From positions 1 to 64,000 of the forward strand of contig JAXLNO010004175.1 in assembly GCA_038087875.1 (NCBI GenBank): a stretch of 64,000 nt of DNA, written 5' to 3'. Shown one piece after another: positions 11,654 through 22,888 of this stretch. How positions within the stretch are numbered: the first letter of the stretch is position 1; the number at the start of each line of letters is the position of its first letter. The translations under genes were made by a program, and so were the position numbers. The DNA comes from Malacoraja senta. Its lineage: Eukaryota. The notes beneath the pieces were generated by a model. That model was not told where the DNA came from. It saw nothing but the letters and a program-made list of their open reading frames with translations, and ran no database searches.

Positions 11654-13085
11654 AGAAACATAGAAAATAGTTGCAGGAGGAGGCCATTTGGCCCTTCGAG
11701 CCAGCACCGCCATTCATTGTGATCATGGCTGATCGTCCCCAATCAATAACCCGTGCCTGCCTTCTCCCCATATCCCTTGACTCCACTAGCCCCTAGAGCT
11801 CTATCTAACTCTCTCTTAAATCCATCCAGTGACTTGGCCTCCACTGCCCTCTGTGGCAGGGAATTCCACAAATTCACAACGCTCTGGGTGAAAACGTTTT
11901 TTCTTACCTCAGTCTTAAACGGCATCCCCTTTATTCTAAGACTTTGGCCCCTGGTTCTGGACTCGCCCAACATTGGGAACATTTTTCCTGCATCTAGCTT
12001 GTCCAGTCCTTTTATAATTTTATATGTTTCCATAAGGTCCCACCTCATCCTTCTAAACTCCAGTGAATACAAGCCTAGTCTTTTCAATCTTTCCTCATAT
12101 GACAGTCCCGCCATCCCAGGGATCAATCTCGTGAACCTACGCTGCACTGCCTCAATCACAAGGATGTCCTTCCTCAAATTAGGAGACCAAAACAGCACAC
12201 AATACTCCAGATGTGGTCTCACCAGAGCCCTATTCAACTGCAGAAGAACCTCTTTACTCCGATCCTGAAATCCTCTTGTTATGAATCCTATTCTGTTCTG
12301 TTCCAGGAATGTGTGGATCCACATCTTGCAAGAACCCTTCTCATGGTCGTAAGTTCGGGCAGTAGAAGGAGGCCATTCGGCCCAACATGGCATGCTGTAA
12401 ACCATGTCATCATGTAATGGAGAATTGTGTGCAGTAATGGCATGTTGGCCTTTATAACAAGAGGAGTTGAGTCTAGGAGCAAAGAGGTCCTTCTGCAGTT
12501 GTACAGAGCCCTAGTGAGACCACACCTGGAGTATTCTTTGCAGTTTTGGTCCCCTAATTTGAGGAAGAACATTCTTGCTATTGAGGGAGTGCAGCGTAGG
12601 TTCACCAGGTTAATTCCCAGAATGGCTGGACTGCCATATGCTGAGAGAATGGAGCGGCTGGGCTTGTACACTCTGGAGTTTAGAAGGAATGAGAGGGGAT
12701 CTTATTGAAATATATAAGATTATTAAGGGTTTGGACACGCTAGAGGCAGGAAACATGTTCCCGATGTTGGGGGAGTCCAGAACCAGGGGCCACAGTTTAA
12801 GAATAAGGGGTAAGCCATTTAGAACGGGGATGAGGAAACACTTTTTCTCACAGAGAGTTGTGAGTCTGTGGAATTCTCTGCCTCAGAGTGCGGTGGAGGC
12901 CGGTTCTCTGGATGCATTCAAGAGAGAGCTAGATAGGGTTCTTAAAGATAGCGGAGTCAGGGGATATGGGGAGAAGGCAGGAACGGGGTACTGATTGGGG
13001 ATGATCAGCCATGATCACATTGAATGTCGGTGCTAGCTCGAAGGGCCGAATGGCCTTCTTCTGCACCTATTGTTTATTGTCTATT
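11654..13085. mobile_element. Two CR1 family A 3' fragments in opposite orientation (minus 11654-12290, plus 12437-13085)
   Basis: ORFs 11743-12405(-), 12427-12708(+) and 12638-12994(+) are CR1 RT C-termini with 3' UTR tails. Confidence 0.88.
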
Positions 13086-13240
13086 ATAATAAATGAGAAG
13101 AGAGTTCAGTGTGTATATATACACACACGCAAACATGTCATAAGGTCATAAGTGATAGGAGCAGAATTAGGCCATTCGGCCCATCAAGTCTACGCCATTC
13201 AATCGTGGCTGATCTATCTCTCCCTCCTAACATTGAATGT

Positions 13241-13772
13241 CGGTCACGGTAGAGTTGCTGTCTCACAGCGCCAGAGACATGGGTTCGATCCTGACCATGG
13301 GTGCCGCCATTACAAAGTCTGCAGTGGGACCGTGTGGGTTTTCTCCGGGTGCTCCGGTTTCCTCCCACATTCCAAACACCTGCCGGTTTGAAGGTTAATT
13401 GGCCTCTGTAAATTGCCCCTAATGTGTGGGATAGAACAGGTGTGCGGGTTGCTACTGGTCGGCATGGACTAGATGGGCCGAAGGGCCCTACCCCACGCTG
13501 CATCTCTAAACTAAAAAACTAGTATCTAGATAAACTGTACATAAATTAAATCTGTACGTCCTCCCCGTGACCTGCGTGGGTTTTCTCCGAGATCTTCCGT
13601 TTCCTCCCACACTCCAAAGACGTGCAGGTTTGTAGGTTAATTGGCTTGGTGTAAATGTGAAAAATTGTCCCTAGTGGGTGTAGGATAGTGTTAGTGTGCG
13701 GGGATCGCTGGTCGGCACGGACCCGGTGGGCCGAAGGGCCTGTTCCCACGCTGTATCTCTAAACTAAACTAA
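13241..13772 (+). mobile_element. Two tandem HE1-type tRNA-derived SINEs (13241-13518 near full length; 13551-13772 5'-truncated)
   Basis: tRNA-like head CGGTAGAGTTGCTG...GGGTTCGATCC (A/B-box-like), V-domain GGTTTTCTCCGGGTGCTCCGGTTTCCTCCCACA, and a CR1-like tail. Confidence 0.8.
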
Positions 13773-14721
13773 ACCCCATTCTCCTGCCTTCTCCCCATAA
13801 CCTCTGACACATGTTCTAAGTCAATCTCCACTTTAAAAAATATCCACTGATTTGTGGCCTCCACAGCCGTCTGTGGCGAAGAATCCCACAGATTCACCAC
13901 CCTCTGACAAAAGAAATTCCTCCTCATCTCCTTCCTAAAAGAACGTCCTTTAATTCTGTGGCTGTGACCTCTGGTCCTGGACTCTCCCACTAGTGGAAAC
14001 ATCCTCTCCACATCCACTCTATCCAGGCCTTTCACTATTTGGTAAGTTTCAATGAGGTCCCCCCTCATTCTTCTAAACTCCAGCGAGTACAGGCCCAGTG
14101 CCGACAAACGCTCATCGTATGTTAACTACTCATTCCTGGGATCGTTCTTGTAAACCTCCACTGGACCCTCTCCAGAGCCAGCACATCCTTCCTCAGATAC
14201 AGGGCCCAAAACTGCTCACAATATTCCAAATGCAATCTGATCAGCGTTGCCTGACCCACTGAGTTCCTCCAGCATTTCGCGTTTTATTCTCAGTTTATAC
14301 TTTCCAGTTGAAGTTTACTGTCCTACGGAAGAAACAGGAAGGCAGATTATTATCTAAATGGCGTCAAGTTGGGAAAAGGGGAAGTACAACGGGATCTGGG
14401 GGTCCTTGTTCATCAGTCAATGAAAGTAAGCATGTAGGTACAGCAGGCAGTGAAGAAAGCGAATGGCATGTTGGCCTTTATAACAAGAGGAGTTGAGTAT
14501 AGGGGCAAAGGGGTCCTTCTGCAGTTGTACAGAGCCTAGTGAGACCACACCAGGAGTATTGTGTGCAGTTTTGGTCCCCTAATTTGAGGAAGGACATTCT
14601 TGCTATTGAGGGAGTGCAGCGTAGGTTTACAAGGTTAATTCCCGGGATGGCAGGACTGTCGTATGCTGAGAGAATGGAGCGGCTGGGCTTGTACACTCTG
14701 GAGTTTAGAAGGATGAGAGGG

Positions 14722-15122
14722 AAAAACCAGATCCATTTCTCAAGACATGGACACCCTTCACCGAATTCTTCCAACAATAGTACGGTGCAACACAAATTTA
14801 AATTTAAATCCGATGCCGGGTTGGGTTAGGTGGGCGGGGGGGAGGGGGGGAGAGACGGGAGACGAGGGGCAGGTATATCTCCACCTTTCTTTTTCTCTTT
14901 TCTTATTTCTATATTTTTCGGTCTTTCTTTTGATCTTTATCGAGCTATCTTTTCACTGTTCACTTTTTCTCTTTCTTGTTCTCTTTTTCTTTTCTTTTTT
15001 CATTTTCAGGATATAAGGTTAAATATGAAGCTGTACAATAAATGTATAATCTCAAATGCCGAATGTTTTATCTCTACAATTGCTTCTAATAAAAATAAAT
15101 AAATAAATAATTTATAAAAAAA
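14722..15122 (+). mobile_element. L1-type LINE 3' end (ORF2 C-terminus, 3' UTR, A-rich tail)
   Basis: Reads KPDPFLKTWTPFTEFFQQ*, like the fish L1 ORF2 end (F..IW.PF), followed by a G-rich then T-rich UTR and an AATAAA/poly(A) tail. Confidence 0.6.
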
Positions 15123-15778
15123 GGTAGGATGAGAGGGGATCTCATAGAAACATATAAGATTGTAAAAGGCTTGAACACACTAGAGGCAGGAAACATGATC
15201 CCGATGTTGGGGGAGTCCAGAACCAGGGGCCACACAGTTTAAGAATAAGGGGTAGGTCATTTAGAACGGAGATGAGGAAACACTTTTTCACCCAGTGAGT
15301 TGTGAGTCTCTGGAATTCTCTGCCTCAGAGGGCGGTGGAGGCAGGTTCTCTGGATACTTTCAAGAGAGAGCTAGATAGGGCTCTTAAAGATAACGGAGTC
15401 AGGGGATAGGGGGAGAATCTCACTGTCCTATCTGAGACAGAACCAGGGGCCACAGTCTTAGAATAAAGGGGAGGCCATTTAAGACTGAGGTGAGAAAAAA
15501 CGTTTTCACCCAGAGAGTTGTGAATTTGTGGAATTCCCCGCCACAGAGGGCACTGGAGGCCAAATCACTGGTTGGATTTAAGAGAGAGTTAGATAGAGCT
15601 CTGGGGGCTAGTGGAATCAAGGGATATGGGGAGAAGGCATGAACGGGTTATTGATTGGGGACAATCAGCCATGATCACAATGAATGGCGGTGCTGGATCG
15701 AAGGGCCGAATGGCGTACTCCTGCACCTATTGTCTATTATCTATCTGTTTATTTATTGTGTGTATATATATATATGGT

Positions 15779-16445
15779 CAAGTCAAGGGAGTTTATTGTC
15801 ATGTGTCCCAGATAGGACAATGACATTCTTGCTTGGTCTATGGTATATAAACACATTGAACTTTTATCTCCTGTTCTGTATTCTGTTTACATATTCTGTT
15901 GTGTTGCAGCAAGCAAGAATGTCATGGTCCTATCTGGGACACATGACAATAAACTCTCTTGACTCTGCGGGGATGCTCGCTGTTGTCCGGAAACATCACA
16001 ATCTGGTTTGGGAACAGCTCTGCCCAGGACAGGAAGGCTCTGTAGAGAGTAGTGCGTTCGGCCGAACACACTATGGGAACTACACTCGCCCCCCTGCAGG
16101 ACCGATACACCAGGAGGTGCGGATCCAGAGCCAGCAACATTATGGGGGACCCCTACCCCCCCAGCAACGGACTGTTCCAGCTGCTACGGTCAGGCAAACG
16201 CCTCCGTTGCCATGCTGTGAGAACAGAGAGGATGAGAAGGGGTTTCTTCCCTGAGGCCATCAGGACTGTAAACTCCCATCTCACCAGGGACCAACTTTAC
16301 TGAACCATTTTACTGTTGTGTGGTGTATTTTTAAAATTGCTGTTTTTTCTTTTTTTTCCCTCCCACAAATATGTGAATATGTGATTCTGTTCATTCTGGG
16401 TTTTTTGTTGTTGTTTTTGCACAATCCGTGAGCATTGCCACTTTT
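15779..16445 (+). mobile_element. Rex1/Babar LINE fragments (two inverted 3' tails plus an RT C-terminal piece at ~15965-16300)
   Basis: ITIWFGNSSAQDRKAL.RVVRSAEHTMG...LFQLLRSGKRLR...FFPEAIR is the Rex1/Babar C-terminus. Tails end in ATGACAATAAA. Confidence 0.75.
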
Positions 16446-16451
16446 CATTGA

Positions 16452-16685
16452 ATTGAACATTGAATTCTCCCAATGTTGCTAGCCCTTGCTGTCTCCTCCC
16501 CTTCATCAGCCCTCTGGTTGTCTCCTCCCATCCCCCAGCCCTCGGGCTCCTCCTCCGCATTTTTTCCTTTCTTCTCCCCACCCCCCTATCAGTCTGATGA
16601 AGGGTTTCGGCCCGAAACGTTGCCTATTTCCTTCGCTCCATAGATGCTGCTGCACCCGCTGAGTTTCTCCAGCATTTTTGTGTAC
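16452..16685 (+). mobile_element. Penelope-like element 3' end / pseudo-LTR
   Basis: Nearly identical to 22087-22316, which directly follows a GIY-YIG ORF. Confidence 0.75.
16591..16625 (+). ncRNA. Minimal type I hammerhead-ribozyme core in a Penelope pseudo-LTR
   Basis: CTGATGA-A-GGG tttcgg CCC-GAAA-CGTT: core, stem II, GAAA, palindromic ACGT stem III and a GUU site. Confidence 0.6.
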
Positions 16686-17419
16686 CTTCCACTTTTCATT
16701 TCACTGCACATCTTGTATGTGTATGTGACGAACAAACTTGACTTGTTATTACTCCAGGTTTAAACCAGGTCTGGGATGATCTTTGCGTTTGGCTGCAGTT
16801 CCTCGCCGCGCACAAAGGGGGTTGGATTCGGCGCTGTGACTTTCTGCCAGTTTGCCGAAGCCGCGCCCTGTGACAAAGTGAAAGTCGTGTTGAGTTCAAT
16901 CCCCGCGTCCGGGGGTCTGGGCGAGGGTCCGGACTGATCTGATCTGGGTCCCTGCAGATCCAGGTAAGCTCAGGTCAAACTTATCTGGGGAGTTGTAGTG
17001 TTTTAGAAAGAACTGCTGGAATAATGGAAGGTTAGACAGAAATGCTGGAGAAACTCAGCGGGCTTTGATGAAATGCGCTGTGTGGGACCCCCGGCTCTGG
17101 GTGGGTGGCCGGAGAGGCCGGTCAAGGGTCCATGGATATCGGGTGGGGTTCGGGACGGGACTCCCACTCCAACACCAAGAGCCGGTCTCTTCCGGGTTCC
17201 CCAATTCGGTCGTAAGTCGCGACCAGCTCTCGCAACCATGTTGCCAACGGGGCCTCCAGCAGCGGCTGAAAGGTTAAATAGTAAAGATTACTGGAGTTAC
17301 GGGGGGTTGGTGTTGGTTGAGGGGTCTCAGGGGGTCGCTTGTCCGGCCACGGGAATCCGGTAAAACGGCCCGCGTTTCCCCACCGTCGGCAAAGCCTGAT
17401 GAGTGAAAACAGGGAACTG

Positions 17420-17830
17420 CAAGTGCGGGTTTTACAAAGAAAAAAGTGCTGGAGTAAACTCAGCGGGTCAGGGAGCTTCTCTGGAAAGGTTTACAAAGAA
17501 AAAAAGACACAAAGTGCTGGAGTATCTCAGCGGGTCAGGCAGTGTGTATGTGGAAAGGAACTGCAGATGCTGGTTTACAGAGAAAAAGACACAAAGTGCT
17601 GGAGTAACTCAGCGGGTCAGGGCGATTCTCTGGAAAGGAATCGCAGATGCTGGTTTACAGAGAAAAAGACACAAAGTGCTGGAGTAACTCAGTGAGGGTC
17701 AGGCAGTGTGTGTGTCAAAATGAACTGCAGATGCTAGTTTACAAAGAAAAAGAGACAATGTGCTGGAGTAACTCAGCGGGTCAGGCAGTGTGTATGTAGA
17801 AAGGAACTGCAGATGCTGTTTTAACAAAGA
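17420..17830 (-). repeat. ~80-bp tandem array of Penelope pseudo-LTR-derived sequence (~5 copies)
   Basis: Repeated GATGCTGGTTTACAGAGAAAAAGACACAAAGTGCTGGAGTAACTCAGCGGGTCAGG, the reverse complement of the pLTR tail seen at 3590-3657. Confidence 0.75.
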
Positions 17831-17849
17831 AAAACATTGAAACAGACAA

Positions 17850-20800
17850 TAGGTGCAGGAGTAGGCCATTCGGCCCTGTGACCCAGCACTGCCATTCAAT
17901 ATGATCATGGCTGATCATCCAACTCCGTATCCTGTACCTGCCTTCTCTCCATACCCCCTGATCTCTTTAGCCACAAGGGCCACATCTAACTCCCTCTTAA
18001 ATATAGCCAATGAACTGGCCTCAACTACATTCTGTGGCAGAGAATTCCAGAGATTCACCACTCTCTGTGTACATTTTTTTTTTTCATCTCGGTCCTAAAA
18101 GATTTCCCCTTTATCCTTAAATCGTGGCTGATCATCCACAAATCAGTACCCCGTTCCTGCTTTCCCTCGCCCCCCCCCCCCATATCCCTTGAGTCTGTTA
18201 ACCCTAAGAGCTAAATCTAACTCTTTTGAAAACATCCAGTGAATTGGCCTCCACTGCCTTCTGTGGCAGGGAATTCCACAAATTCACAACTCTCTGGGTG
18301 AAAAGGTTTTTCCTCATCTCTGTTCTAATTGGCATTCCCCTTATTCTTAAACTGTGGCCCCTGGTTCTGGTCTCCCCCAACATCGGGAACATGTTTCCTG
18401 CCTCTAGCCTGTCCAATCCTTTAAGAATTTTATATGTTTCAATAAGATTCCCTCTCATCCTTCTAAACTCCAGAGTATACACGCCCAGCCGCTCCATTCT
18501 CTCAGCATATGACAGTCCTGCCATCCCGGGAATTAACCTGGTGAACCTACGCTGCACTCCCTCAATAGCAAGAATGTCCTTCCTCAACTTAGGGGACCAA
18601 AACTGCACACAATACTCCAGGTGTGGTCTCACTAGGGCCCTGTACAACTGCAGAAGGACCTCCTTGCTCCTAAACTCAAATCCTCTCGCAATGAAGGCCA
18701 ACATGCCATTCGCTTTCTTCACTGCCTGCTGTACCTGCATGCTTACTTTCAATGACTGATGAACAAGGACCCCCAGATCCCGTTGTACTTCCCCTTTTCC
18801 TAATCTGACACAATTCAGGTAACAATCTGCCTTACTGTTCTTGCCACCAAAGTGGATAACCTCACATTTATCAACATTAAATTGCATCTACCATCTGATA
18901 GGAGCAGAATTATATCATTTGACCCATCAAGTCTACTCCACCATTCAATCATGGCTGATCTATCTCTCCCTCTTAACCCCATTCTCCTATGTAACACCCG
19001 TACTAATCAAGAATCAATCTAACTGCCTTAAAAATATCAATAGACAATAGGTGCAGGAGTAGGCCATTCGGCCCTTCGAGCCAGCACCGCCATTCAATGT
19101 GATCATGGCTGATCATCCCCAATCAGTACCCCGTTCCTGCCTTCTCCCCATATCCCCTGACTCCGCTATTTTTAAGAGCTCTATCTAGCTCTCTCTTGAA
19201 AGTATCCAGAGAACCGGCCTCCACCGCCCTCTGAGGCAGAGAATTCCACAGACTCGCCACTCTCTGTGTGAAAAAGTGTTTCCTCGTCTCCGTTCTAAAT
19301 GGCTTACCCCTTTGGTAAAGAGGACAACCAAGTGGATAACTTCACATTTATCCACATTAAACTTCATCTGCCATGCATCTGCCCACTCCCCCAACCTGTC
19401 CAAATCACCCTGCATTCTCATTGCATCCTCCTCACAGTTCACACTGACACTCAGCTTTGTGTCATCTGCAAATTTGCTAATGTTACTTTGAATCCCTTCA
19501 TCTAAATCATTGATGTATATTGTAAATATCTGCGGTCCCAGCACCAAGCCTTGCGGTACCCCACTAGTCATTGCCTGCCATTCTCAAAGGGACCCGTTAA
19601 TCCCTACTCTTCGTTTCCTGTCTGCCAACCAATTTTCTATCCATGTCAGCACTCTATCCCAATACCATGTGCCCTAATTTTGCCCACTAATCTCCTATGT
19701 GGGACCTTATCAAATGCTTTCTGAAAGTCCAGGTACACTACATCCACTGGCTCTCCCTTGTCCATTTTCCCAGTTACATCCTCTAAAAAATCTTGTAAAT
19801 CCATGCTGACTCGGACCGATCCTGTTACTGCTATACAAATGTGCAGCTATTTCATCTTTTATAATTGACTCCAGCATCTTCCCCACCACCGATGTCAGGC
19901 TAACTGGCCTATAATTCCCTGTTTTCTCTCTCCCGCCTTTCTTAAAAAGTGGGATAACGTTAGCTACCCTCCAATCCACAGGAACTGATCCTGAGTATAG
20001 AACATTGGAAAATTATCACCAATGCATCCACGATTTCTAGAGCCACTTCCTTAAGTACCCTGGGATGCAGACCATCAGGCCCTGGGGATTTATCAGCCTT
20101 CAGTCCCATCAGTCTACCCAACACCATAGAAACATAGAAAATAGGTGCAGGAGTAGGCCATTCGGCCCTTAGAGCCTGCACCGCCATTCAATATGATCAT
20201 GGCTGATCATCCAACTCAGTATCCTGTACCTGCATTCTCTCCATACCCCCTGATCCCTTTAGCCACAAGGGCCACATCTAACTCCCTCTTAAATATAGCC
20301 AATGAACTGGCCTCAACTACCATCTGTGGCAGAGAATTCCACAGATTCACCACTCTCTGTGTGAAAAATGTTTTTCTCGTCTCGGTCCTAAAAGATTTCC
20401 CCCTTATCCTTAAACTGTGACCCCTTGATCTGGACTTCCCCAACATTGGGAACAATCTTCCTGCATCTAGCCTGTCCAACCCCTTAAGAATTTTGTAAGT
20501 TTCTATAAGATCCCCCCTCAATCTTCTAAATTCTAGCGAGTACAAGCCGAGTCTATCTACTCTTTCTTCATATGAAAGTCCTGACATCCCAGGAATCAGT
20601 CTGGTGAACCTTCTCTGCACTCCCTCTATGGCAATAATGTCCTTCCTCAGATTTGGAGACCAAAACTGTACGCAATACTCCAGGTGTGGTCTCACCAAGA
20701 CCCTGTACAGCTGCAGTAGAACCTCCCTGCTCCTATACTCAAATCCTTTTGCTATGAAAGCTAACATACCATTCGCTTTCTTCACTGCCTGCTGCACCTG

Positions 20801-21176
20801 CATGCCTACTTTCAATGACTGGTGTACCATGACACCCAGGTCTCGCTGCATCTCCCCTTTTCCTAGTCGGCCACCATTTAGAAAATAGTCTGCTTTCCTG
20901 TTTTTGCCACCAAAATGGATAACCTCACATTTATCCACATTATACTGCATCTGCCAAACATTTGCCCACTCACCCAGCCTATCCAAGTCACCTTGCAGTC
21001 TCCTAGCATCCTCCTCACAGCTAACACTGCCCCCCAGCTTAGTGTCATCCGCAAACTTGGAGATATTGCCTTCAATTCACTCATCCAGGTCATTAATATA
21101 TATTGTAAATAGCTGGGGTCCCAGCACTGAGCCTTGCGGTACCCCACTAGTCACTGCCTGCCATTGTGAAAAGGAC
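17850..21176 (-). mobile_element. Stack of 5'-truncated CR1 family A copies (18120-18890, 19040-20125, 20126-21176)
   Basis: Minus ORFs 18204-18887, 19185-19571 (FADD), 19710-19979 and 20216-20986 are CR1 RT pieces, with catagaaa tails at the junctions. Confidence 0.9.
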
Positions 21177-22318
21177 ACTTCCCTACCATTCCTTGACCTC
21201 ACTATCTCCATCGAAGGTGATAGACTCCTTACCGACATCCACTACAAACCCACCGCCTCCCATGGCTATCTGGACTACACTTCTTCCCACCCTGCTTCCT
21301 GTAAGGACTCCATCCCCCACTCCCAATTCCTCCGTCTACGCCGCATCTGCTCCCAGGATGAGGCGTTCCACACCAAGGCATCTGAAATGTCCTCATTCTT
21401 TAGGGAACGGGGGTTCCCCTCCTCCACCATAGATGAGGCTCACACCAGGGTCTCTGCCATACCCCGCAACACTGCTCTCTCTCCCCATCCCCCCACTCAC
21501 AACAAGGGCAGAGTCCCCCTAGTCCTCACATTTCACCCCACCAGCCGTCACATACAACAAGTGATCCTCCGTCAGTTTCACCACCTCCAACGTGACCCCA
21601 CCACTCGCCACAGCTTCCCATCTCCCCCCATGTCTGCCTTCCGCAGACCGCTCCCTCTGTAACTCCCTTGTCAATTCTTCCCTTCGCTCCCATACCACCC
21701 CCTCCCCTGGTACTTTCCCTTGCAACCGCAAGAGATGCAACACTTGTCCCTTCACCTCCCCCCTCGACTCCATTCAAGGACCCAAGCAGTCGTTCCAGGT
21801 GCGACAGAGGTTCACCTGCATCTCCTCCAACCTCATCTATTGCATCCGCTGCTCTAGATGCCAGCTGATCTACATCGGTGAGACCAAGGCGATCGTTTCG
21901 CCGAACACCTCCGGTCGGTCCGCAATAACCAACCTGACCTCCCGGTGGCTCAGCACTTCAACTCCCCCTCCCATTCCGTATCTGACCTCTCTGTCCTGGG
22001 TCTCCTCCATGGCCACAGCGAGCAACACCGTAAATTGGAGTAAATGCACCTCATATTCCGTTTGGCCAGTCTACATCCTGGGGGCTTGAACATTGAATTC
22101 TCCCAATTCTGCTAGCCCTTGCTGTCCCCTCCCCTTCATCAGCCCTCTGGTTGTCTCCTCCCCTCCCCCAGCCCTCGGGCTCCTCCTCCGCCTTTTTCCT
22201 TTTTTCCTTTCTTCTCCCCACCCCCTATCAGTCTGAAGAAGGGTTTCGGCCCGAAACGTTGCCTATTCCCTTCGCTCCATAGATGCTGCTGCACCCGCTG
22301 AGTTTCTCCAGCATTGTT
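21174..22318 (+). mobile_element. Penelope-like element (RT thumb, GIY-YIG endonuclease, pseudo-LTR)
   Basis: TSLPFLDL...YKPTASHGYLDYTSSHP.SCKDSIPHSQFLRLRRIC, then CNRKRCNTC...FTCISSNLIYCIRCSRCQLIYIGETK. Confidence 0.92.
22230..22265 (+). ncRNA. Minimal type I hammerhead-ribozyme core in a Penelope pseudo-LTR
   Basis: CTGAAGA-A-GGG tttcgg CCC-GAAA-CGTT. Confidence 0.6.
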
Positions 22319-22470
22319 GTGTAGCTTTGGCGCTGTAGACGTCGGTCAGGCTGCAGATTCGCAACTCGACCAGAGGTGGCGCTGCTGACGGTAGTCGGGC
22401 TGCAGAGACAGCATCCAGCCGGAAGGTGGCGCTATTGGCGGTGGTCAGGTAAGTTGAAGCTTTTCTTACG

Positions 22471-22698
22471 GCCGCGGCGGCCATTTTAGTTGTAGTTGTG
22501 TTGCCGCGGCGGCCATTTTAGTTGTAGTTGTGTTGTCGCGGCGGCCATTTTAGTTGTAGTTATGTTGCCGCGGCGGCCATTTTAGTTGTAGTTGTGTTGC
22601 CGCGGCGGCCATTTTAGTTGTAGTTGTGTTGCCGCGGCGGCCATTTTAGTTGTAGTTGTGTTGCCGCGGCGGCCATTTTAGTTGTAGTTATGCGGCCA
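22471..22698. repeat. 32-bp tandem repeat, 7 copies plus a partial
   Basis: GCCGCGGCGGCCATTTTAGTTGTAGTTGTGTT repeated at a 32-bp period. Confidence 0.95.
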
Positions 22699-22888
22699 TC
22701 ACTGAGGCGGCCTTCACCAGCGATTGAATCCCTGGGCCGGGCCGGGCCGGCAGGCAACCAACCAGCGCCCAGGGATCTTCGGAGTCCATGCCGGTGAGGA
22801 GGAGAAAGGTGTCTTCGGCGGGCGCCCCAGGTAAGCCCGCCCTATCGGGTGGCTCGGCTCTGGGCAGCGGCCGGCGGGGCAGGTGCGG

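Noticed and set aside
14877-15120. Long polypyrimidine tract, AG and AATAAA as a terminal exon of a host gene
   Set aside because: Better explained as an L1 3' UTR and tail, since it directly follows an L1-like ORF2 C-terminus.
16757-16955. Minus-strand open frame GPRSDQ...IELNTTFTLSQ...KIIPDLV* as a terminal exon
   Set aside because: Weak polypyrimidine tract, no recognisable homolog and no upstream partner exon found.
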